From an uncultured Nitrosopumilales archaeon (GTDB taxonomy: Archaea > Thermoproteota > Nitrososphaeria > Nitrososphaerales > CAZIZY01): DNA of 49,461 nt. Shown piece by piece: positions 10,495-20,120 of the stretch. Numbering within the stretch: the first letter of the stretch is position 1; every line of letters starts with the position of its first letter. The translations under genes were made by a program, and so were the position numbers. The DNA is taken from the NCBI GenBank assembly GCA_964544235.1, contig CAZIZY010000013.1:1-49461 (forward strand), given 5' to 3'. Under the pieces are notes generated by a model, which saw only the letters and a list, made by a program, of their open reading frames with translations, had not been told where the DNA came from and did no database searches.

Positions 10495-11310
10495 ATGAAT
10501 GGATTATCTTTAAAGTCTCTTAATTCAGCATTATGTCGAGAAATTGAATTTAAGTTCAAATTAAAAGATAGAATTCCTATAGTTTTTCTCGATTACGATG
10601 GAACTCTTGTTCCTATTATAACCAATCCTAATGATTCTTATCTTTCACAAGAAACTTTTGATATTCTATCTAACCTTAAAAAATTTTGTGAAATTGGTAT
10701 TATTAGCGGACGTGATTTAAATGATGTAAAGCCTCGAATTAACCTTGATGGAATTACATACATGGGGAATCATGGATTTGAAATCATTGATTCATCAAAT
10801 AACTCATTTCAACAGAATCAATGGTTGAACTTTGTTTCTCTTTTTAATCAAATTGAATTTGAATTAAATTCATCTCTTAAGCATATCGATAATATTCAAA
10901 TTGAACGTAAAAAATATTCGATATCAATACATTATCGTCAATTAAATAATTTCGATATATCGAAATTAGAAGTAATTATTGATCAAAATGTCTCCAATTA
11001 TTCATCACTAAAAAAAATTAATGGGAAAAAAATCTTCGAGATCGTTCCTAATGTTAATTGGAATAAAGGTAAAGCATTAATTTTCTTATTAAATAAATTG
11101 AATTTGAAATCCAATGATATTATCCCAATATATGTTGGAGATGATGTGACTGATGAGACTGTTTTCTTATCTATTCGAGATATCGGTATTGGAATAGTAG
11201 TTGGTGATGATGATCGACTTACCTTTGCTAAATATTCCTTAAAATGTCATAATGATGTTAAATTATTTCTTAAAAATCTTATTTCTATATTAAAAGAGAA
11301 TAATTTTTAA
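10495..11310 (+). CDS. otsB: Trehalose-6-phosphate phosphatase (HAD IIB)
   Basis: FLDYDGTL, ISGR, GNHG, IHYR, WNKGKA, GDDVTDE. Confidence 0.9.
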   Translation: MNGLSLKSLNSALCREIEFKFKLKDRIPIVFLDYDGTLVPIITNPNDSYLSQETFDILSNLKKFCEIGIISGRDLNDVKPRINLDGITYMGNHGFEIIDSSNNSFQQNQWLNFVSLFNQIEFELNSSLKHIDNIQIERKKYSISIHYRQLNNFDISKLEVIIDQNVSNYSSLKKINGKKIFEIVPNVNWNKGKALIFLLNKLNLKSNDIIPIYVGDDVTDETVFLSIRDIGIGIVVGDDDRLTFAKYSLKCHNDVKLFLKNLISILKENNF

Positions 11311-11347
11311 TAATTTCCTTTCATTATTCTAATTTTTAATATTTACT

Positions 11348-12649
11348 TCATGCAAACCAAAACCAGTCACTTTCTATTTCGTTTACCATGTTGTTTTTCT
11401 CAAGATTAAATCTTGAATATGGTTTTGTTAAATGCCTTTGAGATCTTAAAGGAGGCAGATATATTCCAGGTTTAATATCTCTTTCAATGTGGCTCTTCAT
11501 TTTTTTAGCGTAAGGATATCTTTTTCCACATTTTTCACATCTATAACCTTTCATAAATCCCATTGATTCCATTCTTTTTTCACATTGTTTACAAATATCA
11601 TTCATGTATTTGTACGAATTATTCATCTCGAGAATTTCTATTTGTTCTACATTAAGTACTAATTTATGTTTAGTAGTTGGCTTCCTGATTCCCCCATATA
11701 TTTTCAAATAATCACCTTCATTTAGTTGAGTTGCAATCTTTCTCAGATCTCCTGATGGCTCGTAAACTGCACAAATACAACTATTATCTAATTTAATTAT
11801 TTCAAAATAAACATGTCCGCCTTTTTCTACCCATGCTTTCCTTGATAACTGACCATCAATGTATCCGGATGAATATGATTTTAATTTATTTACATCTAAT
11901 TGTTGATTAAGATGTTCTCCTGTTCCTTGATTACTTCTAAATATTATAAATGATTCAATCTTTTCACCTAACTCTACTAAATTTAACGCCTTAATCAAAA
12001 TCATAGGATTTTCTCCTCTAATTCCTACTAATACAGGGTCAGGACCATTAGGTGATACTAGTAATTTTTTTTTCTCTGAATCAATATTGCTAAAAGTATC
12101 TTTACCTGTTATTTCATCCATTTTCACTACAGAGTCATAATCTACATTTCTTTTCATTCCCCAGTTTTCTTTTTTTCTATACGCAATAATCTCAAACGTG
12201 TGATCTTTTTTGAAATCAGCTCCTATTGATGATAAGGCACCTATTACCCCTAATCCTCCATATGATAAAATCCCATTTTCTTTAATTATCCGTTTGGCTC
12301 GATTAATATTTATAATTCCATTTAATGCATCTTTATATAAATTCTTGATTTCAACATTTATTTTTTCCCCTTCATATAGAACTATTCCTGAATGAGATTC
12401 TTCAGGAGCTTGTTGTTTTACTATTTTACTTATTTTGTTAAACACATCTTTTGGATTATCCGCATGGAATCGAAAACATACTGCAGCATTTCCTTTAGTC
12501 TTCCATGGTACATTGGGGTTTAATCTTACGAGATTCGGATAATCGATAAATTCATAATTAATTAATTTTGATATTATTTTACTTGCAATATATGTAGTGC
12601 ATTGTCCTCCTCTTGAATCTGTATCATCTATCCCTACATGAATAAACAA
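11348..12649 (-). CDS. tiaS: tRNA(Ile2) 2-agmatinylcytidine synthetase
   Basis: GIDDTDS..G.CTT, LVRLNPNVPWKTKGN, GIRG, SNQGT, CxxC..CxxC zinc ribbon, RHLTKP. Confidence 0.95.
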   Translation of the reverse strand: MFIHVGIDDTDSRGGQCTTYIASKIISKLINYEFIDYPNLVRLNPNVPWKTKGNAAVCFRFHADNPKDVFNKISKIVKQQAPEESHSGIVLYEGEKINVEIKNLYKDALNGIININRAKRIIKENGILSYGGLGVIGALSSIGADFKKDHTFEIIAYRKKENWGMKRNVDYDSVVKMDEITGKDTFSNIDSEKKKLLVSPNGPDPVLVGIRGENPMILIKALNLVELGEKIESFIIFRSNQGTGEHLNQQLDVNKLKSYSSGYIDGQLSRKAWVEKGGHVYFEIIKLDNSCICAVYEPSGDLRKIATQLNEGDYLKIYGGIRKPTTKHKLVLNVEQIEILEMNNSYKYMNDICKQCEKRMESMGFMKGYRCEKCGKRYPYAKKMKSHIERDIKPGIYLPPLRSQRHLTKPYSRFNLEKNNMVNEIESDWFWFA

Positions 12650-12651
12650 TT

Positions 12652-12879
12652 TTAACTCTCTACGATAATCATTGTTAAACTTGCCTTTATATCATTAAAT
12701 TGCCTTATACTCATGATTGTTTTTTTCATTTCTTCCATAGTTTTCGCTTCGACTTTTATTATGATATCATATATTCCGTAAACAGTATTAATTTCAATTA
12801 TATTCTTTATTTTTCTTAAATTATCAACTATCTTCTCGTAACCTTTTTCCGTATTAACTAAAACATAAGCTGAAGGCAA
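12652..12879 (-). CDS. Lrp/AsnC ligand-binding (RAM) domain protein
   Basis: AYVLVN...VYGIYDIIIKVEA; 75 aa, directly upstream of tiaS. Confidence 0.85.
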   Translation of the reverse strand: MPSAYVLVNTEKGYEKIVDNLRKIKNIIEINTVYGIYDIIIKVEAKTMEEMKKTIMSIRQFNDIKASLTMIIVES

Positions 12880-13008
12880 AATAGATCTATTTCTTATTAT
12901 TTTATTACGTTTAAAAGTTAAGCTTTTTTGAGATTTGCTAATTATTCTTTAATTAATTTTAGAATTACCGCTTCAATTAAATATTAATTAAATTAAATTT
13001 TTAGTAGT

Positions 13009-13500
13009 TTGAATAGTCTGGGCGTAAATATAATTAGAGATGCTACTGTTACTTTATATAAATTCACTGATTTCTTTCAAGGTTTTGAGAAAATAGAACA
13101 AGTACGTGATCTTTTCAAGGAAGATACAGAAAAAGTCCTAAAAGATTTGAATATCGAATTCTTTTCTTCAAAAAGCGGATATATGGGGGTAAGTGATGAT
13201 GATGGTCATATTCGTATAAGTTCTCATTATTTGAAAACTGGTGATGAACGTTCAATCTATCTGGATATAATTCATGAACTCGTTCATGTGAGACAATTCT
13301 TCGAAGGTAAAGCTCTTTTTGATCGCAATTATGATTATTGTGATCGACCTACTGAAGTAGAAGCTTACGAAATAACTGTTGAGGAAGCTAAGAAAATAGG
13401 AATGACTTATGAAGAAATCGTAGATCATCTTCAAGTTGATTGGATGGATGATGAAGATTTGAAAAAACTAATTAATAACATAAAATTTAAAGAATTTTAA
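13009..13500 (+). CDS. Hypothetical zincin-like metalloprotein
   Basis: IIHELVHVRQ (HExxH) followed by PTEVEAY; start uncertain. Confidence 0.65.
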   Translation: MNSLGVNIIRDATVTLYKFTDFFQGFEKIEQVRDLFKEDTEKVLKDLNIEFFSSKSGYMGVSDDDGHIRISSHYLKTGDERSIYLDIIHELVHVRQFFEGKALFDRNYDYCDRPTEVEAYEITVEEAKKIGMTYEEIVDHLQVDWMDDEDLKKLINNIKFKEF

Positions 13501-13586
13501 TTTACCTGTAGTTTTTTTATTATTCTTGTAATTTTAAACTTGATTTAATATTAATTAATATATATTGTTAGATTCTAAAAGTAATA

Positions 13587-14567
13587 ATGGTACTTGCTTT
13601 ATCTCAAGATGATATAAAATCTCTATTAACTATGGATGATTGCGTTCAAGTTGTTGAAGAAGGATTTGCTCAATTATCTCTTGGAAAAGTAGAATTACCT
13701 TTAAGACCTGTTATTAACGTTAAAAAACAAGGCGATTTCTTAGTAATGCCTGGATATGTCGAAGATATGGGGATAATTGGACTTAAAATGGTTACTGTTT
13801 ATCCGAATAATTCTGCTAACTATAATTTACCTTCGATTATGGGCACTGTTCTTCTAGTTGATCCTTCCAATGGAAATCTTTTAGCAGTTATGGATGGAAC
13901 TCATCTAACTGCAATGCGTACTGGCGCTTCTAGTGGAGTAGCTACTAAGTATCTTTCTCGTCATGATTCTAAAACTGTTGGTATTTTTGGAAGCGGAGTT
14001 CAAGCTCGAACTCAAATCTCTGCAATTTCTACTGTAAGAGATATAACAAAAGTAAAAGTATATTCTTTGCATCGTTCTAATTCTGAAAATTATTCCAAAG
14101 AGATGAGTTCTATTTTAGGTATAGATTTTGAATCTGTAGATTCACCTATTGATGTTATGAAGAATTCTGATATTATTATCGCATCTACTAATTCTAAATC
14201 TCCAATCTTTAATGGTGATTGCGTTGAGGAGGGTATGCATATTAATGGAATAGGAACATATACTCCTGAAACTAGAGAATTTGATACTAAGACAATAAAG
14301 CAATCAAAAGTTTTTGTTGATTCTTATGAAGCTTCTTTATTGGAAGCAGGTGATTTATTGATACCTATCTCTGAAAAAGCAATAAATAAAAATCACATTC
14401 ATGCTGAAATTGGTGAAGTTATAACTGGGAAAAAATCAGGAAGATCTAATGACAATGAATTGACATTGTTTAAATCTGTTGGATTAGCAGTTCAAGACTT
14501 AGTTACTGCTAAAAAAATATATTCATTAGCTAAAGAATCTAACGTAGGAACTAAATTTATTTTATGA
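13587..14567 (+). CDS. Ornithine cyclodeaminase/mu-crystallin family protein (archaeal alanine dehydrogenase-like)
   Basis: LTAMRTGA, GSGVQA, HINGIG, EAGD, FKSVGLAVQD. Confidence 0.9.
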   Translation: MVLALSQDDIKSLLTMDDCVQVVEEGFAQLSLGKVELPLRPVINVKKQGDFLVMPGYVEDMGIIGLKMVTVYPNNSANYNLPSIMGTVLLVDPSNGNLLAVMDGTHLTAMRTGASSGVATKYLSRHDSKTVGIFGSGVQARTQISAISTVRDITKVKVYSLHRSNSENYSKEMSSILGIDFESVDSPIDVMKNSDIIIASTNSKSPIFNGDCVEEGMHINGIGTYTPETREFDTKTIKQSKVFVDSYEASLLEAGDLLIPISEKAINKNHIHAEIGEVITGKKSGRSNDNELTLFKSVGLAVQDLVTAKKIYSLAKESNVGTKFIL

Positions 14568-14614
14568 TTATCTTACAATAAAATTATTTTAAAACATTAA
14601 TTTAGGTTAATATT

Positions 14615-15253
14615 TTGTCTTCAAAATCACTAAAATGTAAATATTGTTCATCAGTATTTAATTCGCAAAGATCTTTATCTCAACACGTAAAAATAAAACA
14701 TTCTTCTCGATATTATTCATATAGGATATTATTTGTTTTATCTATCATTCTTGTGTCATCTTTTGTAATCTATAACATTGATGATTTTACCTCGCCTTAT
14801 CAACCAAAAGTTTCAGGACCAACGTTATTAGTTTCAGATTTTAATTTACCTATAATTGATTCTAATGGAATATCATCTAATAATATTGATTCATCTTATC
14901 TGAAAGGTAAACCTGTTATAGTGGAATTCATGGTATCATGGTGCCCATATTGTGAAAACATGGTCCCAATTCTAAATGCTCTCCATTCTGAATATGGTAA
15001 TGATATCAATTTCATTTCAATAGCATTATCTTGGAGTGAGTCTGATGAGATTGAAACTTCTCACTTTATCAGAAAACATAAACCATCTTGGATTCATGTT
15101 TTTGACGCAGAAAATTCTTTTGCTGAGAAATATTCTATCGACGCTACTCCTACTTTTCTAATATTTGATAAGGATGGATCTTTAGTAAAACGAATTGAAG
15201 GTGAAATATCTTACCAAGATTTAGAAATTGAGTTGAAGAATCTTGAAAATTGA
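14615..15253 (+). CDS. Membrane-anchored TlpA/thioredoxin-like protein with N-terminal C2H2 zinc finger
   Basis: CKYC-x12-H-x4-H, one TM helix, EFMVSWCPYC, ATPTF cis-Pro loop. Confidence 0.85.
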   Translation: MSSKSLKCKYCSSVFNSQRSLSQHVKIKHSSRYYSYRILFVLSIILVSSFVIYNIDDFTSPYQPKVSGPTLLVSDFNLPIIDSNGISSNNIDSSYLKGKPVIVEFMVSWCPYCENMVPILNALHSEYGNDINFISIALSWSESDEIETSHFIRKHKPSWIHVFDAENSFAEKYSIDATPTFLIFDKDGSLVKRIEGEISYQDLEIELKNLEN

Positions 15254-15689
15254 TTACTTTAATCACTTAAGACTGTTTAAAATAACACTGGTTTTATCGA
15301 TCTTCGGCGTATTAATCTCATCTTATCTGACTTTTCTTACTTTTCAAGATATCAAATCTTGTTCTCCATTAGATCTTTTTGATTGTGGCTTAGTTTTATC
15401 TAGTTCTTATTCTAAAATTCTAGGAATACCCATATCTGTTTTTGGACTGCTTTGGTTTATTGGTTCATTGATCTTATCTCTTCTTGGAATTTATGAATAT
15501 GATTCACGTAAAAAATTATTTATTTGGAGTGTAATATCTATTTTAGGCATAATTACTTTAACTTATGTTGAATTTTTTTTAATTAATTCTATATGTTTCT
15601 TATGCACTTTGACTCATATAATTGGAATAATTATATTTGTTATTTCTATTTTATTAAATAAAGAAAGAATATCATTTAGTTTTTTTTGA
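15243..15689 (+). CDS. Vitamin K epoxide reductase (VKOR) family protein
   Basis: C-x7-C loop, VLSSSYS, GIPISVFG, CFLC; four TM helices. Confidence 0.9.
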   Translation: MKIDYFNHLRLFKITLVLSIFGVLISSYLTFLTFQDIKSCSPLDLFDCGLVLSSSYSKILGIPISVFGLLWFIGSLILSLLGIYEYDSRKKLFIWSVISILGIITLTYVEFFLINSICFLCTLTHIIGIIIFVISILLNKERISFSFF

Positions 15690-16025
15690 AATAATATTAA
15701 TTAACTCTTTAGAAAAAATTGAGTTTGTTAATGCTGAACTGCATCCAGCGTTCATGCAATCTTTCATTAAATCTTTCCTAACATGTGGGTAGTAACCTAT
15801 TATTTCAACTTCAGTTGATGATCTTCTTATCTTTTTTATTGTTTCTATAGGATTTAATTGTGAATCTGAGAGATCAATAATTATTAAAGATGAATTATTT
15901 AATTCTGAATGATCATTAATTTCCCGTAAAAATGTTAATTCAATATTTTTATTTCTTGAAGCTTCTTTAATTCGTGATACCCAGAACATGTCTCTTACTA
16001 TCGCTATTATTTTCAATGTATTCAT
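15672..16025 (-). CDS. Stand-alone atypical receiver (CheY-like) domain protein
   Basis: LIIIDL, IIGYYPHV and AGC segments match the REC fold; 117 aa. Confidence 0.7.
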   Translation of the reverse strand: MNTLKIIAIVRDMFWVSRIKEASRNKNIELTFLREINDHSELNNSSLIIIDLSDSQLNPIETIKKIRRSSTEVEIIGYYPHVRKDLMKDCMNAGCSSALTNSIFSKELINIISKKTK

Positions 16026-16103
16026 ACGTATTCTATTATTCTAGTTTAAATAAAACTTAATTCTGATTATGTAACAGTTTATATTAGATTAGGAGCGCTA
16101 GAA

Positions 16104-17816
16104 TTGGATACATTAAATTTTGATATTATAATAGTTGGTGGAGGTGCTGCTGGTCTTCGGGCTGCTATGTCTGCTATTGAATATAACGATAAGCTAAAGA
16201 TAGCTATCGTTTCAAAAGTGTATCCGATGAGAAGTCATACTGTTTCAGCTGAAGGTGGAGCTGCTGCCGTTTTGAAAGATTATGATAATCTCGATTTACA
16301 TTGTTTTGATACTATTAAAGGAAGTGATTATTTAGCTGATCAAGATGTGGTTGAATATTTTGTAAATGAATCTCCTGATGAAATACTTAGACTAGAAAAT
16401 TGGGGCTGTCCTTGGAGTAGAGATTCTGATGGTAGAGTTAGTTCTAGGGCATTTGGTGGAATGAGTGTTAAAAGGACAGTTTATGCTGCAGATAAGACTG
16501 GATTTCACATGTTACATTCTTTATTTCAGCGAACTTTAATGTATGAAAATATAGAACGTTTTGATGAATGGTTTGTAACTTCTCTATTAACTGATAAAGG
16601 GAAAGTGACTGGATTAACTGCAATCGATTTGAAAACTGGAGAATTAAACGCTATTTGCGCTAATTCAGTTATTCTATCTACTGGAGGAGCTGGAAAAGTC
16701 TATAAATTTACTACTAATGCTTCAATATGTACGGGTGATGGTATGGCTTTAGCATATAGAGCTGGAGTTCCCATGAAAGATATGGAATTTGTTCAATTTC
16801 ATCCTACCCTTTTACCCGTTAATGGCATACTTTTAACTGAAGGAGCTAGAGGTGAAGGCGGTTACTTAGTAAATAAAGATAATGAGCGATTTCTTAAAAA
16901 TTATGCTCCTGAAAAAATGGAACTTGGTCCTCGTGATTTACTTTCAAGAGCTCTTCTTACAGAGATAAATGAAGGACGAGGATTTGATGGTCCTTATGGA
17001 TCATATATTGGTCTTGATTTACGTCATCTTGGTGAAGATGTTATTGAAACTAAACTTCCTTTAGTGAAAGAAATTAGTGAGAATTTTGCTGGAATAAATC
17101 CTTCTCAGGAACTTATTCCCGTTAGACCTGGAGAACATTACTCCATGGGTGGAATTAGTGTTGATATTACTGGAAGTACTTCCGTTAAAGGATTATTTTC
17201 TGCAGGTGAAAGTGCTTGCATCAGCCTTAATGGAGCTAACCGTTTAGGATCTAATTCGTTAACTGAATGTTTAGTGTTTGGTGCATATACTGGAAGAAGT
17301 GCCGCAGAACATGCTACAAATAGTAAAAACAAATCAAAGGAAATTGATGTTAACTCTTTGTTATTATCTGAAGAAAAAAGAATCTTTAGTAATTTGCTTG
17401 GAAAAGAAAAAAATACTGAAAAAGTATCTGTAATTCGAGATGAAATGCAACTAAATATGGATAATCTTGTTGGAGTATTTAGAAATGAGGAAGATTGCTT
17501 GAAAGCATGTAAAGTTATAAGTAAATTAAAATCCCGATTCAAAAAAGTCGGTGTATCTGATAAAGAAAGACCTTTCAATACTGAACTTGTTTCAGTTCTT
17601 GAACTTGATTTTATGCTAGATGTAGCTGAAGCTATTGCTCATTCTGCTCTTAATAGAAAAGAATCTAGAGGCTCTCATTATCGAAATGATTATGTTAAGC
17701 GTAATGATTCGAAATTCCTTAAACATTCTCTTGCGTATAAGACAAATGATGGGCTTAAACTCAAATATATCCCTGTCACTATAACTAAATGGAAGCCTCA
17801 AGAAAGAGTTTATTAA
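16104..17816 (+). CDS. frdA: Fumarate reductase/succinate dehydrogenase flavoprotein
   Basis: GGGAAG, RSHTVSAEGG (FAD-binding His), QFHPT, GANRLGSNSL, ESRGSH. Confidence 0.95.
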   Translation: MDTLNFDIIIVGGGAAGLRAAMSAIEYNDKLKIAIVSKVYPMRSHTVSAEGGAAAVLKDYDNLDLHCFDTIKGSDYLADQDVVEYFVNESPDEILRLENWGCPWSRDSDGRVSSRAFGGMSVKRTVYAADKTGFHMLHSLFQRTLMYENIERFDEWFVTSLLTDKGKVTGLTAIDLKTGELNAICANSVILSTGGAGKVYKFTTNASICTGDGMALAYRAGVPMKDMEFVQFHPTLLPVNGILLTEGARGEGGYLVNKDNERFLKNYAPEKMELGPRDLLSRALLTEINEGRGFDGPYGSYIGLDLRHLGEDVIETKLPLVKEISENFAGINPSQELIPVRPGEHYSMGGISVDITGSTSVKGLFSAGESACISLNGANRLGSNSLTECLVFGAYTGRSAAEHATNSKNKSKEIDVNSLLLSEEKRIFSNLLGKEKNTEKVSVIRDEMQLNMDNLVGVFRNEEDCLKACKVISKLKSRFKKVGVSDKERPFNTELVSVLELDFMLDVAEAIAHSALNRKESRGSHYRNDYVKRNDSKFLKHSLAYKTNDGLKLKYIPVTITKWKPQERVY

Positions 17817-17818
17817 AA

Positions 17819-18562
17819 TTGAAGAAAAAACAAATTAGTATTAAAGTAAAAAGATATCGGCCTACAGAAGATTCTGAACCATATTTCCAGGAGTATAAAA
17901 TACCGGTAAAACCTGATATGGTTGTCTTAGATGCTTTAAATTACATTAAAGACAATGTTGATGGTTCGTTAACATATAGATGGTCATGCAGAATGGGTGT
18001 TTGTGGAAGTTGTGGTTCAAATGTTAATGGTAAACCAAAATTAACATGTGAAACTTTCATTGATGATGTCGGTGATAATTTAACTGTTGAACCTATGGCA
18101 CGATTCCCAATAATTAAAGATCTTGTTGTTGATATCGATAGTTTTATGACTAAATTAAAGGATGTTAAACCGTGGATAATCAATGAAACCGAAAAACCCA
18201 TTGAAAAAGGAGAAAATCTACAGACTCCGGAACAAGTAGATCTCTATAAACAACAAAGTATGTGTATTAATTGTATGCTTTGTTATTCAGCTTGTCCTGT
18301 TGTAGGAACTGAAGATGATTTTATTGGCCCAGCTGCTCTTGCTTTATCATATCGATATAACATGGATTCACGAGATCAAGGTGAAAAAGAGCGCTTAAAG
18401 ATAACTTCTTCAGAAGAAGGTGTATATGGATGTTCTTGGATTGGTGAATGCACTTCCGTTTGCCCTAAAAATGTTGATCCAGCAATAGCTATTCAAAAAT
18501 TAAAACTCACTGGTTCTTTACAGACTATTAAAGAACTATTGCTCCCTAAATTTGTGAAGTGA
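17819..18562 (+). CDS. frdB: Fumarate reductase/SDH iron-sulfur subunit
   Basis: SCRMGVCGSC, CINCMLCYSACP, CSWIGECTSVCP. Start moved to TTG 17819, just after the frdA stop. Confidence 0.93.
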   Translation: MKKKQISIKVKRYRPTEDSEPYFQEYKIPVKPDMVVLDALNYIKDNVDGSLTYRWSCRMGVCGSCGSNVNGKPKLTCETFIDDVGDNLTVEPMARFPIIKDLVVDIDSFMTKLKDVKPWIINETEKPIEKGENLQTPEQVDLYKQQSMCINCMLCYSACPVVGTEDDFIGPAALALSYRYNMDSRDQGEKERLKITSSEEGVYGCSWIGECTSVCPKNVDPAIAIQKLKLTGSLQTIKELLLPKFVK

Positions 18563-18569
18563 TAACTTA

Positions 18570-18968
18570 TTGAGTAAAGAATTCAAACCTTATGTCGAAA
18601 AAAATAATAACTTTTGGTGGCTTACTAATCGCAGGTATTTCACTTATGCAATGAGGGAAATTTCTGGCTTAGTTATGTCCTTATATGTATTGATTTCTAT
18701 TTATGAAATTTCTCAGCTTACTAGCGGATCCTCTTCATTCATCGATTTTCGATTATTAGCTGCATCGCCATTAATGTTCATGTTTTCTGTAATTGCTTTA
18801 GCTTTTACTTTATTGCATACTATAACTTGGTTTGAGCTTACTGGTAAAATTCAAAAAGATCAGGTACCTAAAATATCAGGAAAATCTCCTCCTATATTTG
18901 CACTAGTCATAGTTAATCTGTTAATTCTTTTTGCGGCTTCTTATTTGATATACTTCTTATTCTGGTGA
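18570..18968 (+). CDS. frdC: Fumarate reductase membrane anchor subunit C
   Basis: KPYV..WW...Y..YAMRE and LHTITWF resemble E. coli-type FrdC; operon position. Confidence 0.85.
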   Translation: MSKEFKPYVEKNNNFWWLTNRRYFTYAMREISGLVMSLYVLISIYEISQLTSGSSSFIDFRLLAASPLMFMFSVIALAFTLLHTITWFELTGKIQKDQVPKISGKSPPIFALVIVNLLILFAASYLIYFLFW

Positions 18969-18974
18969 TAAAAA

Positions 18975-19334
18975 TTGAATAAAAAAATTCATGCTTTATT
19001 ATGGGGAGCTTTTTCAACTGGAGGATTTGTCGCCGCATTCCTTTTACCGTCATTTATTATCTTGAATAGCATACTTTTCCATCCTTCTGGAATTATTAGT
19101 TCTGATCCTATTTCTTATGAAAATGCGATTATTCGTTTTAATAATCCATTATTTAAAATGTATTTACTTGCACTTTTTTCTACAACATTAATTCATGGAC
19201 TTTATAGATTCAAAGCTTTCTTATTCGAAGTAGGATTCTTGCCTTATAAGAAACCTATAACTGGATTAGTATATTTGATTATATCTATCGGAACTGCATC
19301 TACGTTATTCTTCGTATTATCTTCTTTATTTTAA
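18975..19334 (+). CDS. frdD: Fumarate reductase membrane anchor subunit D
   Basis: LLWGAFSTGG and HGLYR resemble FrdD; three TM helices. Confidence 0.85.
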   Translation: MNKKIHALLWGAFSTGGFVAAFLLPSFIILNSILFHPSGIISSDPISYENAIIRFNNPLFKMYLLALFSTTLIHGLYRFKAFLFEVGFLPYKKPITGLVYLIISIGTASTLFFVLSSLF

Positions 19335-20038
19335 TCTTCTTTTAATACATACCTGTGAGTTAACGACGCAATAATTCCTCCAATTATTGGACCTACCCAA
19401 TATATCCAATGAGCATTAAAGTTACCTGAAATTAATGCGGGTCCAAAACTTCTAGCTGGATTCATGCTTGCGCCTGTAATAGGAACTCCAGCAAAATGAA
19501 GTATCACTACCATGAAACCTATTGCAAATCCAGCCCACCCTATGTTTGCTTTAGGTGAAACTGCTACTCCAAATATAGTGAAAACTAAGAAAAATGTTAA
19601 GATGATCTCAACAAATAATGCCGTTACTACGTTACCATTTATTACCATTCCTGGTTGATGTAGTCCCCATTGAACTTTATTCCCAATATCAAAAATTGTT
19701 CTACTGATACCTGACGCTATTACTGCTCCAATTATTTGAAATGTTATGTAACCTATTGCATTATTTACATTAATTTTGCGGCTAACTAACATGGCGATAG
19801 TTACAGCTGGATTAATATGACCTCCTGAAATGTGACCAACGGTATAAATCATTACTGATATAGCTAATCCATGGGCTAAAGCAATAATTATTAAACTTGA
19901 AGGGTCAAGAGTATTATTTCCAAGTATTGGAATTGCTACTATAACGGATAATGTTCCTATTAATACAAAAGTAAACGTAGCTATCATTTCTGCTATCCAC
20001 GCTTTAACATTTATTGATTTTTCGGACAAAGTTATCAC
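19331..20038 (-). CDS. MIP family channel (aquaporin)
   Basis: ISGGHINPAVT and GASMNPARSFGP, the two NPA motifs. Confidence 0.96.
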   Translation of the reverse strand: MITLSEKSINVKAWIAEMIATFTFVLIGTLSVIVAIPILGNNTLDPSSLIIIALAHGLAISVMIYTVGHISGGHINPAVTIAMLVSRKINVNNAIGYITFQIIGAVIASGISRTIFDIGNKVQWGLHQPGMVINGNVVTALFVEIILTFFLVFTIFGVAVSPKANIGWAGFAIGFMVVILHFAGVPITGASMNPARSFGPALISGNFNAHWIYWVGPIIGGIIASLTHRYVLKED

Positions 20039-20065
20039 TAATTCATATTTTACTGTTTAATTAAC

Positions 20066-20113
20066 ATTAAGTAAATATTCACTATCTAATTAGATAGTAA
20101 ATATTCACTTAAT
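20066..20113. repeat. 48-bp near-perfect palindrome built from two copies of AGTAAATATTCACT
   Basis: 24-bp arms with 2 mismatches; direct copies at 20070-20083 and 20096-20109. Confidence 0.85.
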
Positions 20114-20120
20114 ATAGAAC

